20,000 nt of DNA from an uncultured virus (IMG/VR IMGVR_UViG_3300045391_003788) (IMGVR_UViG_3300045391_003788), one strand, 5' to 3'; counted from the stretch's first letter, positions 1 through 8,218 are shown. Translations and numbers: made by a program. Notes: generated from the letters alone by a model not told the origin.

Positions 1-101
1 ATGGCGGCCCACATCGTGCCGTCCGGGGCGATCTCCAGCCGCTTCTCCGGGGAGCCGGAAATGGCGTCCTGATGGTTGGACGTCGTGATCTGGGTGGCCA
101 C
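1..101 (-). CDS. 5' part of the gene after the tape measure (probable minor tail protein), truncated by the window edge
   Basis: Read manually: GTG at 101 preceded by AAAGGAG; frame open to position 1 (MATQITTSNHQDAISGSPEKRLEIAPDGTMWAA...). The product call rests on position only. Confidence 0.7.
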   Translation of the reverse strand, partial: MATQITTSNHQDAISGSPEKRLEIAPDGTMWAA

Positions 102-124
102 CCGGAATCTCCTTTACAGCCCGG

Positions 125-3100
125 TCAGAGTCTTTGCAGGCGCATCAGAATCTGGCGGGCCAGATCGTCACCACCGGTTGCGACAACACCCTGGACGGCA
201 TCCGCAGTTGCTCCGGCACCGACGCTCAATTGAACCGCGCCAGCCCCGACCTGGATGACGGTACTAGCGGAGTTGTTGCTGATTCGAGGAATCCCAGAAC
301 CGGTTGTCGGCAGCCCTCCGGAGATCAGTTGAGCCGACTTACCCATTGCCACCTCGACCTGCGGCATGGCGTCATAAATACCTTCGGCGAAGTTCTGCAT
401 CATGCGCTGGCCGCGCAGCAGGGTGTAACCCTTGCCGGACAGCGGACCCCATTCGGCGGGCGAACCCGGCAGGCCACCGGCGGCGGCACCGACCACACTG
501 GCGACCGCCGAGACCACGGAGCCGACCCGAGAGGCGATACCGGCGGCGAAGCCCTCGACCAATGCGGCCCCGGCGGACACGAATCGGCCCACCGCGCCGC
601 TGATGGCGGCCACCGCCTGGGCGATCATGTTGTTGATCGCGCCGACGATGGAGCCGATCGCCCCGGTCACAGCGGCGGTGAACCTCGGCCAGATCCCCGT
701 CCAGTTGGTCAACATCTGTTGGGTTCCGGTGGCAATCGTCGCCTCCGCCCGGGCGATGAAGGTTCCGATGTTGGCGACGATGTTGGACCAGGTGGTAATC
801 AGGAATGTGAGGATTGCATTCCAGATGGCATTCCATCCGGACTGAATGGCAGCCAGTCCGGTGGCGATAATCGAACCGGTTTGGGTGACGTGCCCCTGGG
901 TGTCCCCGACAATTCCAGTCCAGATGGTGTTCAGAAATGTTCGGATGGCGTTCCAGGTGTCGGTGAAGATTGCCTGGAAACCGGTGAGCCCGGCCTGAAT
1001 AATTGCGCCGATTACGGCCAGTTGGGTCGTCACGAACGGACCGAGAGCCGACCAGAATGCTTCCCAAATAGTTCTCAGTACAGCCACACCGGCCGCAAGC
1101 AGAGTATTCAGGATGGACATATTTCCGGCAACGGCTGCCTGAATGATGGCAAATGCTGACGTCACCGGCGGAATGAGCAGTTGCCATTGGGTCTGCCAAA
1201 TGGCGATCAGTCCGGCACCGGAGTTCGTGAAGATCGCGGTGAGCCCGTTGAAGCCGTTGGTGACCGCCGTGGTGACGTTGTCCCAGGAAATGCCGGTCTG
1301 AGCCTCGACACCGAGCCAGATCGTGGTCCATGCCGAATTGATCGCCGCGCCGACCACCGCCAGGATGCCGACAAAGATCTGAGTCAGGCCCTGGCCCCAG
1401 GTCGCGAGCCAACTGACCCAGTCCGTGAAGATCTTCTTGACGCCCTCCCAGACCAGCGTCCAGTCGCCAGCGAGCAAGCCGACGAAGATCTCGACCAGGG
1501 CGCGAATCTGTGCGAGACCGCCGCTGACAATGCCCTGGATGATCGTCCAGACGCCGGAAAGAATGGTCGACAGGCCGGGCCAAACCGTATTCCAGATGTC
1601 CTGGATGGCCAGCAGGCCGAGTTGGAACGCGCCGACCAACGTCGTGATGGCGCCTTCGACGTTGGTGAAAATGTTCTGGATATCCGTGGAAATCTGCTGG
1701 CCGTCGGACGCCCACCAGTCGCGGAACTTCTGGACCTCTTGCAGGGCGAATTGCCAGACCTGCTGGAATCCCGGGCCGAAGGTGGTGACCAGCCAGTTCG
1801 CAACGTCCTGGGCCCGCTGCCAGAAGTCCTGGAGGAATTGAACGATCTGCGGCCAGACCTGCTGGGCCAGGGAGACGATGTTGTTCCAGGCGTCGGTGAC
1901 CAGCCGTCGAAAGGTCTCCGAATTCTGCCAGGCGAGAATGAAGGCGCCGACCAGCAGGGCGATCAGACCGAGCACGATGCCGACCGGTCCGGCCAGCGCC
2001 GTGAGCACCGGGCCAAGTTCCTGGAACGTCTTGAAGAAGGTCAGAAGCGGACCGAGGACATTCAGCAGAACGCCCAGAATGCCACCGATAGCCAATGCGA
2101 TGGACAGCAAGTTCGGACTGGTGTCATTCAACTTGACGATGAAGTCGAAGACCGCCTTCAGGGCGGGCACCAACTTCTCGCCGATGGGGGCGGCGGCCTC
2201 GACGATGGCCAGAAGCGCATCCCAGAACGATCGCAGCAGCCCCATGACGTTCGGCAGGTTGTCCTGGACGTACTGAATGAAGGCCTTGAATCCGGCGTTC
2301 TGGGAGAGCGTGGTGCCCCAGGTCTTGAACTTCTCGGTCAACTTGACCAGGCCGTCACCGAACGAGATGGAGAACGGCATGAAGGCGTCCAGGACGCCCG
2401 CCAATCCCTCGATGATGTTTCCGGTGGCCTGAAGGAATTGCTTCGCGCTGGTCGCGGCGAACCTGTCGATGTCGGAGAAGAACTGCGACCAGAAGGGCCC
2501 CTGAAGCGCCCGGATGGCGTTTCGCTCCAGGTCCAGGAGGACATCTGCAACGCCCTGGAGGACGCCCTTGGTTCGGGGCAGGTTGTCAATCAGGAACTGG
2601 AGGCCCTCCTTGACCATCGTGAACTGGGTGTTCGCGATAGAAGAAGCAACCTGCTTCCAGACCTCACGGAAATCCATGATGGTTCCGAGAACCTGGCGCT
2701 GCACCGGGTCAAGGGCCTGGTAGGCCTCCTTCATCTTCTGAAGGGCGTCCTCCTTGTCCTTGCTGGTCACCGCCTTCGCGTATTCGTCCTCAGCCTTGAT
2801 GATCTTGTCGTATTCCAACTTGATCGGGTGGAAGTTCGTGACGAATGCCGCCGCGAACAGTCCGACCCCGGTGGTCCCGGCGGTCAGGGCAGCGCCGATC
2901 GTGCCGATGCCACCCGCCGCCACGGCGCCTGCGGTCACGGCGACCGGACCCAGCCCGAGGATGGCGGTAGCCAGCAGGCTGACCTGGTTGGAGGCCCGCA
3001 GGGCGACCTGGGTGAGGGAGTCCAGGTCACGCCAGGCCGACCGATCCTTGTCCACCTCGACGGTGACCGTCTCGTCGGGGATGGCCTTCAGGGCCGCCTC

Positions 3101-3529
3101 CAGGGCGGCCAGGTGCGCCAGTCCGGCGCCGATGTCGACATCTACCGCGACGTTGGCGTTCTGAAGGGAGAGCAGGATCGAGCGGAAGATCTGGATCTGG
3201 GCCAGCGCCTTGCCGGTGTCCACGTCGACCCCGACCGCGATCTTCTTGGTCAGCGCGTCCAGGGCGGCTCGCAACTGGACGATATGCGCCTCGGCGGCGC
3301 CGCTGTCGATGTCGACCGGGACCTTGATGTCCTCGGCGTCGACTTCCTTCATCTTGGTTTCGAGGTCGTCGAGTTCGGCGATGACCTCGGCGAAGTTCGT
3401 CTCGACGTGCGCGTCGGCTGTTTCCGCCCCCAGCCGACGCAGCCGCTCGTCCAGCCGGTCCAGTTCGGCCATCGCCTCGGTGACGCCAGTGATTTCGACG
3501 TCGACACTGAGTTCTGCGACCGTGGGCAC
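125..3529 (-). CDS. tape measure protein
   Basis: 1134 aa, Ala/Gly/Ile/Leu-rich and helical-looking, periodic Trp/Phe, hydrophobic central stretch, C-terminal LPGSPAEWGPLSGKG motif typical of actinophage tape measures; directly follows the chaperone pair. Confidence 0.95.
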   Translation of the reverse strand: MPTVAELSVDVEITGVTEAMAELDRLDERLRRLGAETADAHVETNFAEVIAELDDLETKMKEVDAEDIKVPVDIDSGAAEAHIVQLRAALDALTKKIAVGVDVDTGKALAQIQIFRSILLSLQNANVAVDVDIGAGLAHLAALEAALKAIPDETVTVEVDKDRSAWRDLDSLTQVALRASNQVSLLATAILGLGPVAVTAGAVAAGGIGTIGAALTAGTTGVGLFAAAFVTNFHPIKLEYDKIIKAEDEYAKAVTSKDKEDALQKMKEAYQALDPVQRQVLGTIMDFREVWKQVASSIANTQFTMVKEGLQFLIDNLPRTKGVLQGVADVLLDLERNAIRALQGPFWSQFFSDIDRFAATSAKQFLQATGNIIEGLAGVLDAFMPFSISFGDGLVKLTEKFKTWGTTLSQNAGFKAFIQYVQDNLPNVMGLLRSFWDALLAIVEAAAPIGEKLVPALKAVFDFIVKLNDTSPNLLSIALAIGGILGVLLNVLGPLLTFFKTFQELGPVLTALAGPVGIVLGLIALLVGAFILAWQNSETFRRLVTDAWNNIVSLAQQVWPQIVQFLQDFWQRAQDVANWLVTTFGPGFQQVWQFALQEVQKFRDWWASDGQQISTDIQNIFTNVEGAITTLVGAFQLGLLAIQDIWNTVWPGLSTILSGVWTIIQGIVSGGLAQIRALVEIFVGLLAGDWTLVWEGVKKIFTDWVSWLATWGQGLTQIFVGILAVVGAAINSAWTTIWLGVEAQTGISWDNVTTAVTNGFNGLTAIFTNSGAGLIAIWQTQWQLLIPPVTSAFAIIQAAVAGNMSILNTLLAAGVAVLRTIWEAFWSALGPFVTTQLAVIGAIIQAGLTGFQAIFTDTWNAIRTFLNTIWTGIVGDTQGHVTQTGSIIATGLAAIQSGWNAIWNAILTFLITTWSNIVANIGTFIARAEATIATGTQQMLTNWTGIWPRFTAAVTGAIGSIVGAINNMIAQAVAAISGAVGRFVSAGAALVEGFAAGIASRVGSVVSAVASVVGAAAGGLPGSPAEWGPLSGKGYTLLRGQRMMQNFAEGIYDAMPQVEVAMGKSAQLISGGLPTTGSGIPRISNNSASTVIQVGAGAVQLSVGAGATADAVQGVVATGGDDLARQILMRLQRL

Positions 3530-3551
3530 CGGCGCGATCCGCCTTTACTTT

Positions 3552-3755
3552 TTAGGGCTTTGGTTTATTCCGGCGGTTTTGCTCATCCTGCTCGGCCTTC
3601 ATGGCGGCCAAACCAATTCTCATCCACCACACCGGCTTTTGTGCCAGGTCCCATGGTGGCACGCGCAGGTAACGCGATGCCTGAATCAGTCCCCACCATT
3701 CCGGCGGCTCACCCATTTCACCCTCGGTCGCGAGCCAACGACCGAGGGATCTCAT
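3552..3755 (-). CDS. C-terminal part of the frameshifted tail assembly chaperone (gpT/gpGT-like)
   Basis: Lies in the -1 frame of the upstream ORF, entered at GGGGGAA (3761-3755); short ORF with a xxPWDL motif directly before the tape measure. Confidence 0.85.
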   Translation of the reverse strand: MRSLGRWLATEGEMGEPPEWWGLIQASRYLRVPPWDLAQKPVWWMRIGLAAMKAEQDEQNRRNKPKP

Positions 3756-3761
3756 TCCCCC
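3721..3761 (-). promoter_or_regulatory. programmed -1 ribosomal frameshift signal (slippery GGGGGAA plus downstream hairpin)
   Basis: Minus strand reads GCG GGG GAA TGA, then a 6-nt spacer after the heptamer and a perfect 10-bp stem CCCTCGGTCG/CGACCGAGGG (3721-3730 with 3739-3748, 8-nt loop). Confidence 0.85.
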
Positions 3762-4093
3762 GCTTCCTGGTCCTCGTTCACGGCCTTGATGATGTGGGTG
3801 AGCAGACGCACCGGGACCTTGCTGGCAATCGGATCGTTCGCCAGGTCGGCCGGGTCGACCGGAGCGTCCAGCGGGATGTCCTCGCCGTCGGAGTCCTTCA
3901 AATCCCAGGTCACGATGATGTCGCGGATCATCCGGGCGATCCGACCGGCGTCCTTGCGCGCCTCGGCGGTGAGCGCGGAGATCTGGGCGATGGTCATAGA
4001 ACTGGGTCGGTACCGGACGTTGAGAACGGCACCCCCAGGAAACGAGATGGCCAGGTCCTTTTCCCCGGACGAAAGGGCTTCGTCAATGCGCAT
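3752..4093 (-). CDS. tail assembly chaperone (gpG-like)
   Basis: Between major tail and tape measure; IVTWDLKDSDGEDIPL motif typical of chaperones. Start moved to ATG 4093 because the longer start at 4156 lies inside a hairpin. Confidence 0.85.
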   Translation of the reverse strand: MRIDEALSSGEKDLAISFPGGAVLNVRYRPSSMTIAQISALTAEARKDAGRIARMIRDIIVTWDLKDSDGEDIPLDAPVDPADLANDPIASKVPVRLLTHIIKAVNEDQEAGE

Positions 4094-4139
4094 GGGCCGA
4101 AGTCTGTCATAGCGAATGCAGCGAACGGGGCAAAATGCA

Positions 4140-4184
4140 GAACGGAGCATTCCCACCCGCGCACCAGATGGGAATGCTCCGTTC
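4140..4184 (-). terminator. probable intrinsic terminator after the major tail gene
   Basis: Perfect 16-bp stem GAACGGAGCATTCCCA (4140-4155) / TGGGAATGCTCCGTTC (4169-4184), followed on the minus strand by TGCATTTTG; starts 12 nt after the stop codon. Confidence 0.7.
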
Positions 4185-4196
4185 GCTCGTATCGGA

Positions 4197-5201
4197 CTAG
4201 AGCGCTGAGGTGGTGGTGACGACCTTCACCTGGAATGCCTTGCCCCAGGTGGTGTCGTGCACCGCCGAGAAGTCCCAGGTAATGGCGTAGACGCCGTCCT
4301 GGTCCTCGAAGGGCTCGATGTCCGAAATCATCCCGGCCATGTCGATGGTGAACTTGTGATTCACCGTGATACCGCCGGTGTAGAGGGCCGGGCCGACCGC
4401 CTCCAGCCGCATGAACTTGATCGTGCCGTTGCGCATCGCGGTGAGGTTGGCCATCGCCGCCGCGTCCGCCATCTGCATGATCGAGAACTCGACCTTGGGC
4501 TCGATCTCGATCGTGTTGACGAACGACGACTGTGCCGCGTCCACGACCCACAGCGGGCCGAACCGGTCGGCGATCTTGATGTCACCCTTCAGGGCGCGGG
4601 TCAACTTGGTGGTGCCCAGGCCCGCCGCCGTGTCGTCCAGGTAGACCGAGAACTGGGTCGGCCGGACCGGGATCTGCGCCAGCGAGGTCGGCGAGGCGGT
4701 CATCGTGATGCCGTCCTGGATCGCCGTGCCGAGCAGAGTGCCGCCGATCTTGCACTCCTCGCGCGACCAGTCCATCGACCACTCGGTGATGATCCCGTTG
4801 GTGACCTTGTGAGCCCGGACCGAGGAGCCCTGCTCCAGGGTGTAGGTCTTCGGAGTGTCCGCGTTGAAGGTGTTCGAGTCGAACGTCCAGGTGTAGCCAC
4901 CGGACGGCGTGCCACCGTCCATGACCTGAACCACCGACGTGGCGGTGCTCATCAGCGACGAGAAGATGTACGGCAGTTCGGTGTAGACCGGCCAGCCCTC
5001 GATCTCGGCCTCGGACCATTCCTTACCGACAACGGCAAGAGTCGGGTACTTCTGGCCAATCGGCAGCACCATGTTCGACTCGACCTTGGGGCCGATCGAG
5101 AAGCCGATGCTGGCCAACTTCTTGTTGGCGGCGACCGACGTGCCCGGAGTGGTCTCGACGCCGATCTGCACTGTCTGGCTAATAGTGCTGCGCTCCGCCA
5201 C
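4197..5201 (-). CDS. major tail (tube) protein
   Basis: 334 aa, Thr/Ser-rich beta-type composition, N-terminal QIGVETTPGT motif typical of tail tubes, GAAGGAG RBS, upstream of the chaperone and tape measure. Confidence 0.85.
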   Translation of the reverse strand: MAERSTISQTVQIGVETTPGTSVAANKKLASIGFSIGPKVESNMVLPIGQKYPTLAVVGKEWSEAEIEGWPVYTELPYIFSSLMSTATSVVQVMDGGTPSGGYTWTFDSNTFNADTPKTYTLEQGSSVRAHKVTNGIITEWSMDWSREECKIGGTLLGTAIQDGITMTASPTSLAQIPVRPTQFSVYLDDTAAGLGTTKLTRALKGDIKIADRFGPLWVVDAAQSSFVNTIEIEPKVEFSIMQMADAAAMANLTAMRNGTIKFMRLEAVGPALYTGGITVNHKFTIDMAGMISDIEPFEDQDGVYAITWDFSAVHDTTWGKAFQVKVVTTTSAL

Positions 5202-5378
5202 GGCGGGGCTCCTTCCACGACGGAATGATTCGTCATGGAGTTTCTCAATTCGAGTTCACCGGACGACCTCTTGCGCAGCCGGTTACAATCCCTCGCCGCT
5301 TCACGGGCTTTCCAGGCTCGCTGAGTATCCTTCGCCCGGAATGGTGTTTCAATCGCCCCGATTGAGGAGACCGTACCG

Positions 5379-6659
5379 GTGGACGAATACACCTGGGCTG
5401 CGAAGCGCGTTTCTGATGGGCAATCCGTGCAATTGCGCATGGGGCTGGAATTGCTCGCCACTCCCCTCACCGATCCACCGGTCGATCCGCCGACTCCGCC
5501 CGTCGACACCGTTCTGGTGCCCGAGGGAACGAACGCCGTGAAACTCGGCGCGACGGTACTGAAGGTCGACCATGTCAACCCGACGTCGACCGACTTCCCC
5601 GGCGGGCGTGGTACCAACGAACTGGTGATCTACACCCCGGCCATCGGGCCGGTGACCAGGACCAATCAGTACGGCGTCGAGGTCGTCGTGGGATCCGACT
5701 CGCTGGTCCACTCGATCAGCGACCGGGAGTCGTACGGCAAGGTGGACGGCACCGCCGTCCCGGTCGACGGGTATGTCATCAGCGGTCACGGAACAGCCGG
5801 AGAGGCGCTTCTCGCCGCCGCCACGGTCGGCGGCCCGGCGCTCGCCTACAAGGCCACCGAGATGCCGCCGGGGCCCCAACTGCCGCCGTCCGGGAACGTC
5901 ACCCGGGAGTCCAACATCGCGGTCTGGGTGATGATGTGGCCCAACTCCCCGAAGGCCACCCCGCTGGACCAGATGCCCGCCTCGGTCGACGAGATCCGGG
6001 TGTCGTTTGCGATCAACGACGGGCAACTCGTCGGCGACGGCCCGTACGGGTTCGCCGAATTCCAGCGCCAGTGCAAGGGCTTCCTGTCCGCCCGGAGCGG
6101 GAGATTCATTTCCATCGCGGTCGGCGGCGGCGGCTACACCATTTCCATTCCGTCGGTCGATGCCTACATCAAGAACATCAAAGCAATCGAGATGAGGTAT
6201 GGGTTCACCTTCGGCGGCATTAACTGGGACTGGGAGTCCTCGGACTTCAAAAAGAATGCCACCAATTGCGTCGCGGTGAGCCGGGCATTCAGGGCGGAGC
6301 GGCCGAACTTCTACGTCTCGTGGTCGCCGAACGGCACCTTCAAAGGCGACTACGCGGCGGTATGTCAGGCGAACCCTGACGTCGTGGACGAACTCGGATT
6401 CCAGAACTACGACACCCCGGTCGACTACAAGACGGCCACCGACGTCATCGACCTACTCCAGGGCACGTCCCTGAAGCCCGCCCAGATGGGCGCCGCCATG
6501 ATGATCGGCGCAGGCGCGAACTACTGGACCTTGCAGACCTGCATCAACAACGCGGCCCGACTGCGGGCCGACAAGGGCATCCGCAAGGTCGCCCTGTGGG
6601 AAGGTGGCAACTCCGAGGCCACCGCGTGGTACGCCGCCATGCAGAAGATCGTCCGCTGA
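5379..6659 (+). CDS. multidomain protein with a C-terminal GH18-like (chitinase/endoglycosidase) TIM-barrel domain
   Basis: GAGGAG RBS. C-terminal domain has SIAVGG (SxGG-like), FGGINWDWE (variant DxxDxDxE, 6210-6236), FQNYD and a terminal ALWE. The middle beta domain (RGTNELVIYTP...TRTNQYGVEVVV...VPVDGYVISGHG) resembles accessory domains of NAGPA/GHL10-type proteins. Pro-rich linkers; no signal peptide. Confidence 0.75.
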   Translation: MDEYTWAAKRVSDGQSVQLRMGLELLATPLTDPPVDPPTPPVDTVLVPEGTNAVKLGATVLKVDHVNPTSTDFPGGRGTNELVIYTPAIGPVTRTNQYGVEVVVGSDSLVHSISDRESYGKVDGTAVPVDGYVISGHGTAGEALLAAATVGGPALAYKATEMPPGPQLPPSGNVTRESNIAVWVMMWPNSPKATPLDQMPASVDEIRVSFAINDGQLVGDGPYGFAEFQRQCKGFLSARSGRFISIAVGGGGYTISIPSVDAYIKNIKAIEMRYGFTFGGINWDWESSDFKKNATNCVAVSRAFRAERPNFYVSWSPNGTFKGDYAAVCQANPDVVDELGFQNYDTPVDYKTATDVIDLLQGTSLKPAQMGAAMMIGAGANYWTLQTCINNAARLRADKGIRKVALWEGGNSEATAWYAAMQKIVR

Positions 6660-6675
6660 GGCAACAGCGGACATA

Positions 6676-6732
6676 GTGAACGCCCCCCGGTGTCGGCCCG
6701 GTCTCGGAGGACAGGGACCGGGGGGCGTTCGC
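6676..6732. terminator. long hairpin, probable bidirectional terminator between convergent genes
   Basis: Perfect 14-bp stem GAACGCCCCCCGGT (6678-6691) / ACCGGGGGGCGTTC (6717-6730), between the stops at 6659 (+) and 6741 (-). Confidence 0.7.
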
Positions 6733-6740
6733 GCGCCAGC

Positions 6741-6917
6741 CTACCCCTGGAAGTGGATGCGCACCTGACGGCGGATCTCCTGGTCGGTGCCCCAGTACGA
6801 CGTCCAGCGCGGCAACCGCCCCGCCGGGTGCCAGGACACCTGGACCCAGCCGCAGCGGCAGAACCGCCAGTGGAACGCCCCGGTCGTGGCGTGGGCGCGA
6901 GCGTGATGGATGTGCAT
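6741..6917 (-). CDS. 58-aa hypothetical protein with His-rich N-terminus and CxCG motif (below the ORF-track cutoff)
   Basis: MHIHHARAHATTGAFHWRFCRCGWVQVSWHPAGRLPRWTSYWGTDQEIRRQVRIHFQG; AGGGGG upstream; nearly all codons end in G/C; fits between two hairpins. Confidence 0.6.
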   Translation of the reverse strand: MHIHHARAHATTGAFHWRFCRCGWVQVSWHPAGRLPRWTSYWGTDQEIRRQVRIHFQG

Positions 6918-6944
6918 GCGACCCCCTGGGCATCCCCAGCCGAA

Positions 6945-6999
6945 CGAACGCCCCCGTAGCCATCCGGGGCTTCGGTTCCGAATGGTACGGGGGCGTTCG
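6945..6999. terminator. long hairpin (terminator-like) downstream of the tail terminator gene
   Basis: Perfect 14-bp outer stem CGAACGCCCCCGTA (6945-6958) / TACGGGGGCGTTCG (6986-6999); inner CCAT/ATGG and CGGGGC-TTCG-GTTCCG. Confidence 0.6.
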
Positions 7000-7046
7000 C
7001 GTCGGAGAAGGCCACTCCTTCGACGTGCCGTGAGACTACCCCACTG

Positions 7047-7487
7047 CTAGTCCCGCGAGCATCGGATCCGGTAGGACCCGCCGAGGTGGCGGTACACGAG
7101 ACCCTCGTGCACCTCAGTGCGCTGAAGGATGGACTCCCGGACGCAGGTTAGCGACCCACCGCCGACGAAGGTGTACACAGTCTTGTGGATGAGGCTGTGG
7201 ATACGGGCCGCCAGCGGCTGGACCACTCCGAACGAGTCGCCGACCTGGATCGCCTCGACGTCGTAGAGCGAGTTCGTGTCGATGATCGTGCCGTCGGTGG
7301 TGGTGACGTCCCGGCTGACCACACACTGGAAATGGATCTTCGGGAGGGTCAGCGCGGGCGTGATCGGGCCGACCGTGTTCTCGATCCGGCCGGTCGCACC
7401 GAGCAGTGAGGTGATCGTCCCATCACCGGACAGCACGCCGTACAACCAGGCGTCGACCAGTTCGGTCGTCTCGATCTGGGCGGTCAT
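7047..7487 (-). CDS. tail terminator / tail completion protein (DUF3168-like)
   Basis: 146 aa; N-terminal LYGVLSGDGTITSLLG, later LAARIHSLIH and C-terminal YRHLGGSYRI patterns; follows the HK97-gp10-like gene. Confidence 0.75.
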   Translation of the reverse strand: MTAQIETTELVDAWLYGVLSGDGTITSLLGATGRIENTVGPITPALTLPKIHFQCVVSRDVTTTDGTIIDTNSLYDVEAIQVGDSFGVVQPLAARIHSLIHKTVYTFVGGGSLTCVRESILQRTEVHEGLVYRHLGGSYRIRCSRD

Positions 7488-7837
7488 ACCCGGCTCGCTC
7501 TCTTCAGGGCGTCCTCGACGTAGCGGGCGAAGATCGGCTCGAACGTGAAGGCCCCGGGTCGGACCACCGGACGGGCCCCCTGGTGCACGGTGCCGAACTC
7601 CTGGAAGCCGGAGTAGAAGCCCTCGCCGCCGACCCAGCCCACGGTGACCTGAATCTTCCAGTCGCCGGTGTCATGCCAGTCCACGGAGTCGGCGATAAAT
7701 CCCAGCCGCTTCCAGACCGTGGCCCGGTAGTAGTCGACCAGGTCATCTCCGGCATTCCGCAGGGAATCGTCGAGTTCCTTTTCCATGGCCTCGCGGACCT
7801 TGGGAACCTTGTTCGAGATGACCCGGATGCCGCTCAT
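7484..7837 (-). CDS. HK97 gp10-like tail component
   Basis: 117 aa with the family motif YSGFQEFGTVHQGARPVVRPG; expected position in the head-tail block. Confidence 0.8.
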   Translation of the reverse strand: MSGIRVISNKVPKVREAMEKELDDSLRNAGDDLVDYYRATVWKRLGFIADSVDWHDTGDWKIQVTVGWVGGEGFYSGFQEFGTVHQGARPVVRPGAFTFEPIFARYVEDALKRASRV

Positions 7838-8218
7838 TCACATCTCCCGGGCGGTAAAACGGGCCGAGGTTGCCATCGCCGACTGAGAGGCGACGTTGCC
7901 GATCACCAGCCAGACCTTGCCGGTGGCCTCGTTGACGATCTGGTCGCTCTCCATCACGTCCGTGCCGTAGGCGAAGATGATGAGGCAGGTCGCGGCGGCG
8001 TACACCGTGTCGGCCACCCGGGCGGTGTGCAGGGCGTCCGGCTTCAGGTCCTGCGGTGTGCCGAACCGGCAGGGCACCGCCGTGGCGTGGTTCGTCCAGG
8101 TCGGCGTCGTGCCGCCCGCGCCGTCCGAGACCTGAGCCCGTCGCTTGATCGTGGCGGTATCGAGCAACGTCGTCTCGACCAGACGTCGCCCGGACTCCAC
8201 GGCGGACTCGATGCTCAC
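7838..8218 (-). CDS. head closure / head-to-tail stopper
   Basis: 126 aa; DTATIKRRAQVSDGAGGTTPTW...VPCRF and GTDVMESDQI are typical SPP1 gp16-like patterns. Confidence 0.8.
   Translation of the reverse strand: MSIESAVESGRRLVETTLLDTATIKRRAQVSDGAGGTTPTWTNHATAVPCRFGTPQDLKPDALHTARVADTVYAAATCLIIFAYGTDVMESDQIVNEATGKVWLVIGNVASQSAMATSARFTAREM

Noticed and set aside
1181..4219. 1012-aa plus-strand ORF
   Set aside because: Antisense shadow of the tape measure and chaperone genes; stop-free reverse frames are common in high-GC coding DNA, and the translation has no recognisable motifs.
5225..5365. Short plus-strand ORFs (46 aa from 5225, 29 aa from 5235) upstream of the GH18-like gene
   Set aside because: No RBS and atypical codon usage; more likely a divergent promoter region.
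6676..7000. Possible CRISPR-like mini-array
   Set aside because: Only two complete palindromes with different interiors, more than 200 bp apart; no constant repeat-spacer period and no cas genes.
6521..7015. Minus-strand ORFs 6521-7015 and 6544-6963, and plus-strand ORF 6690-6959
   Set aside because: They run through the long hairpins and/or into the GH18-like gene; the 6741-6917 frame has better codon bias and fits between the hairpins.
7000..7025. CGTCGAAGGAG on the minus strand resembling the major tail RBS region (CGTCGTGGAAGGAG), a possible insertion scar
   Set aside because: The match is short, imperfect and mostly the generic Shine-Dalgarno sequence; insufficient to call a target-site duplication.
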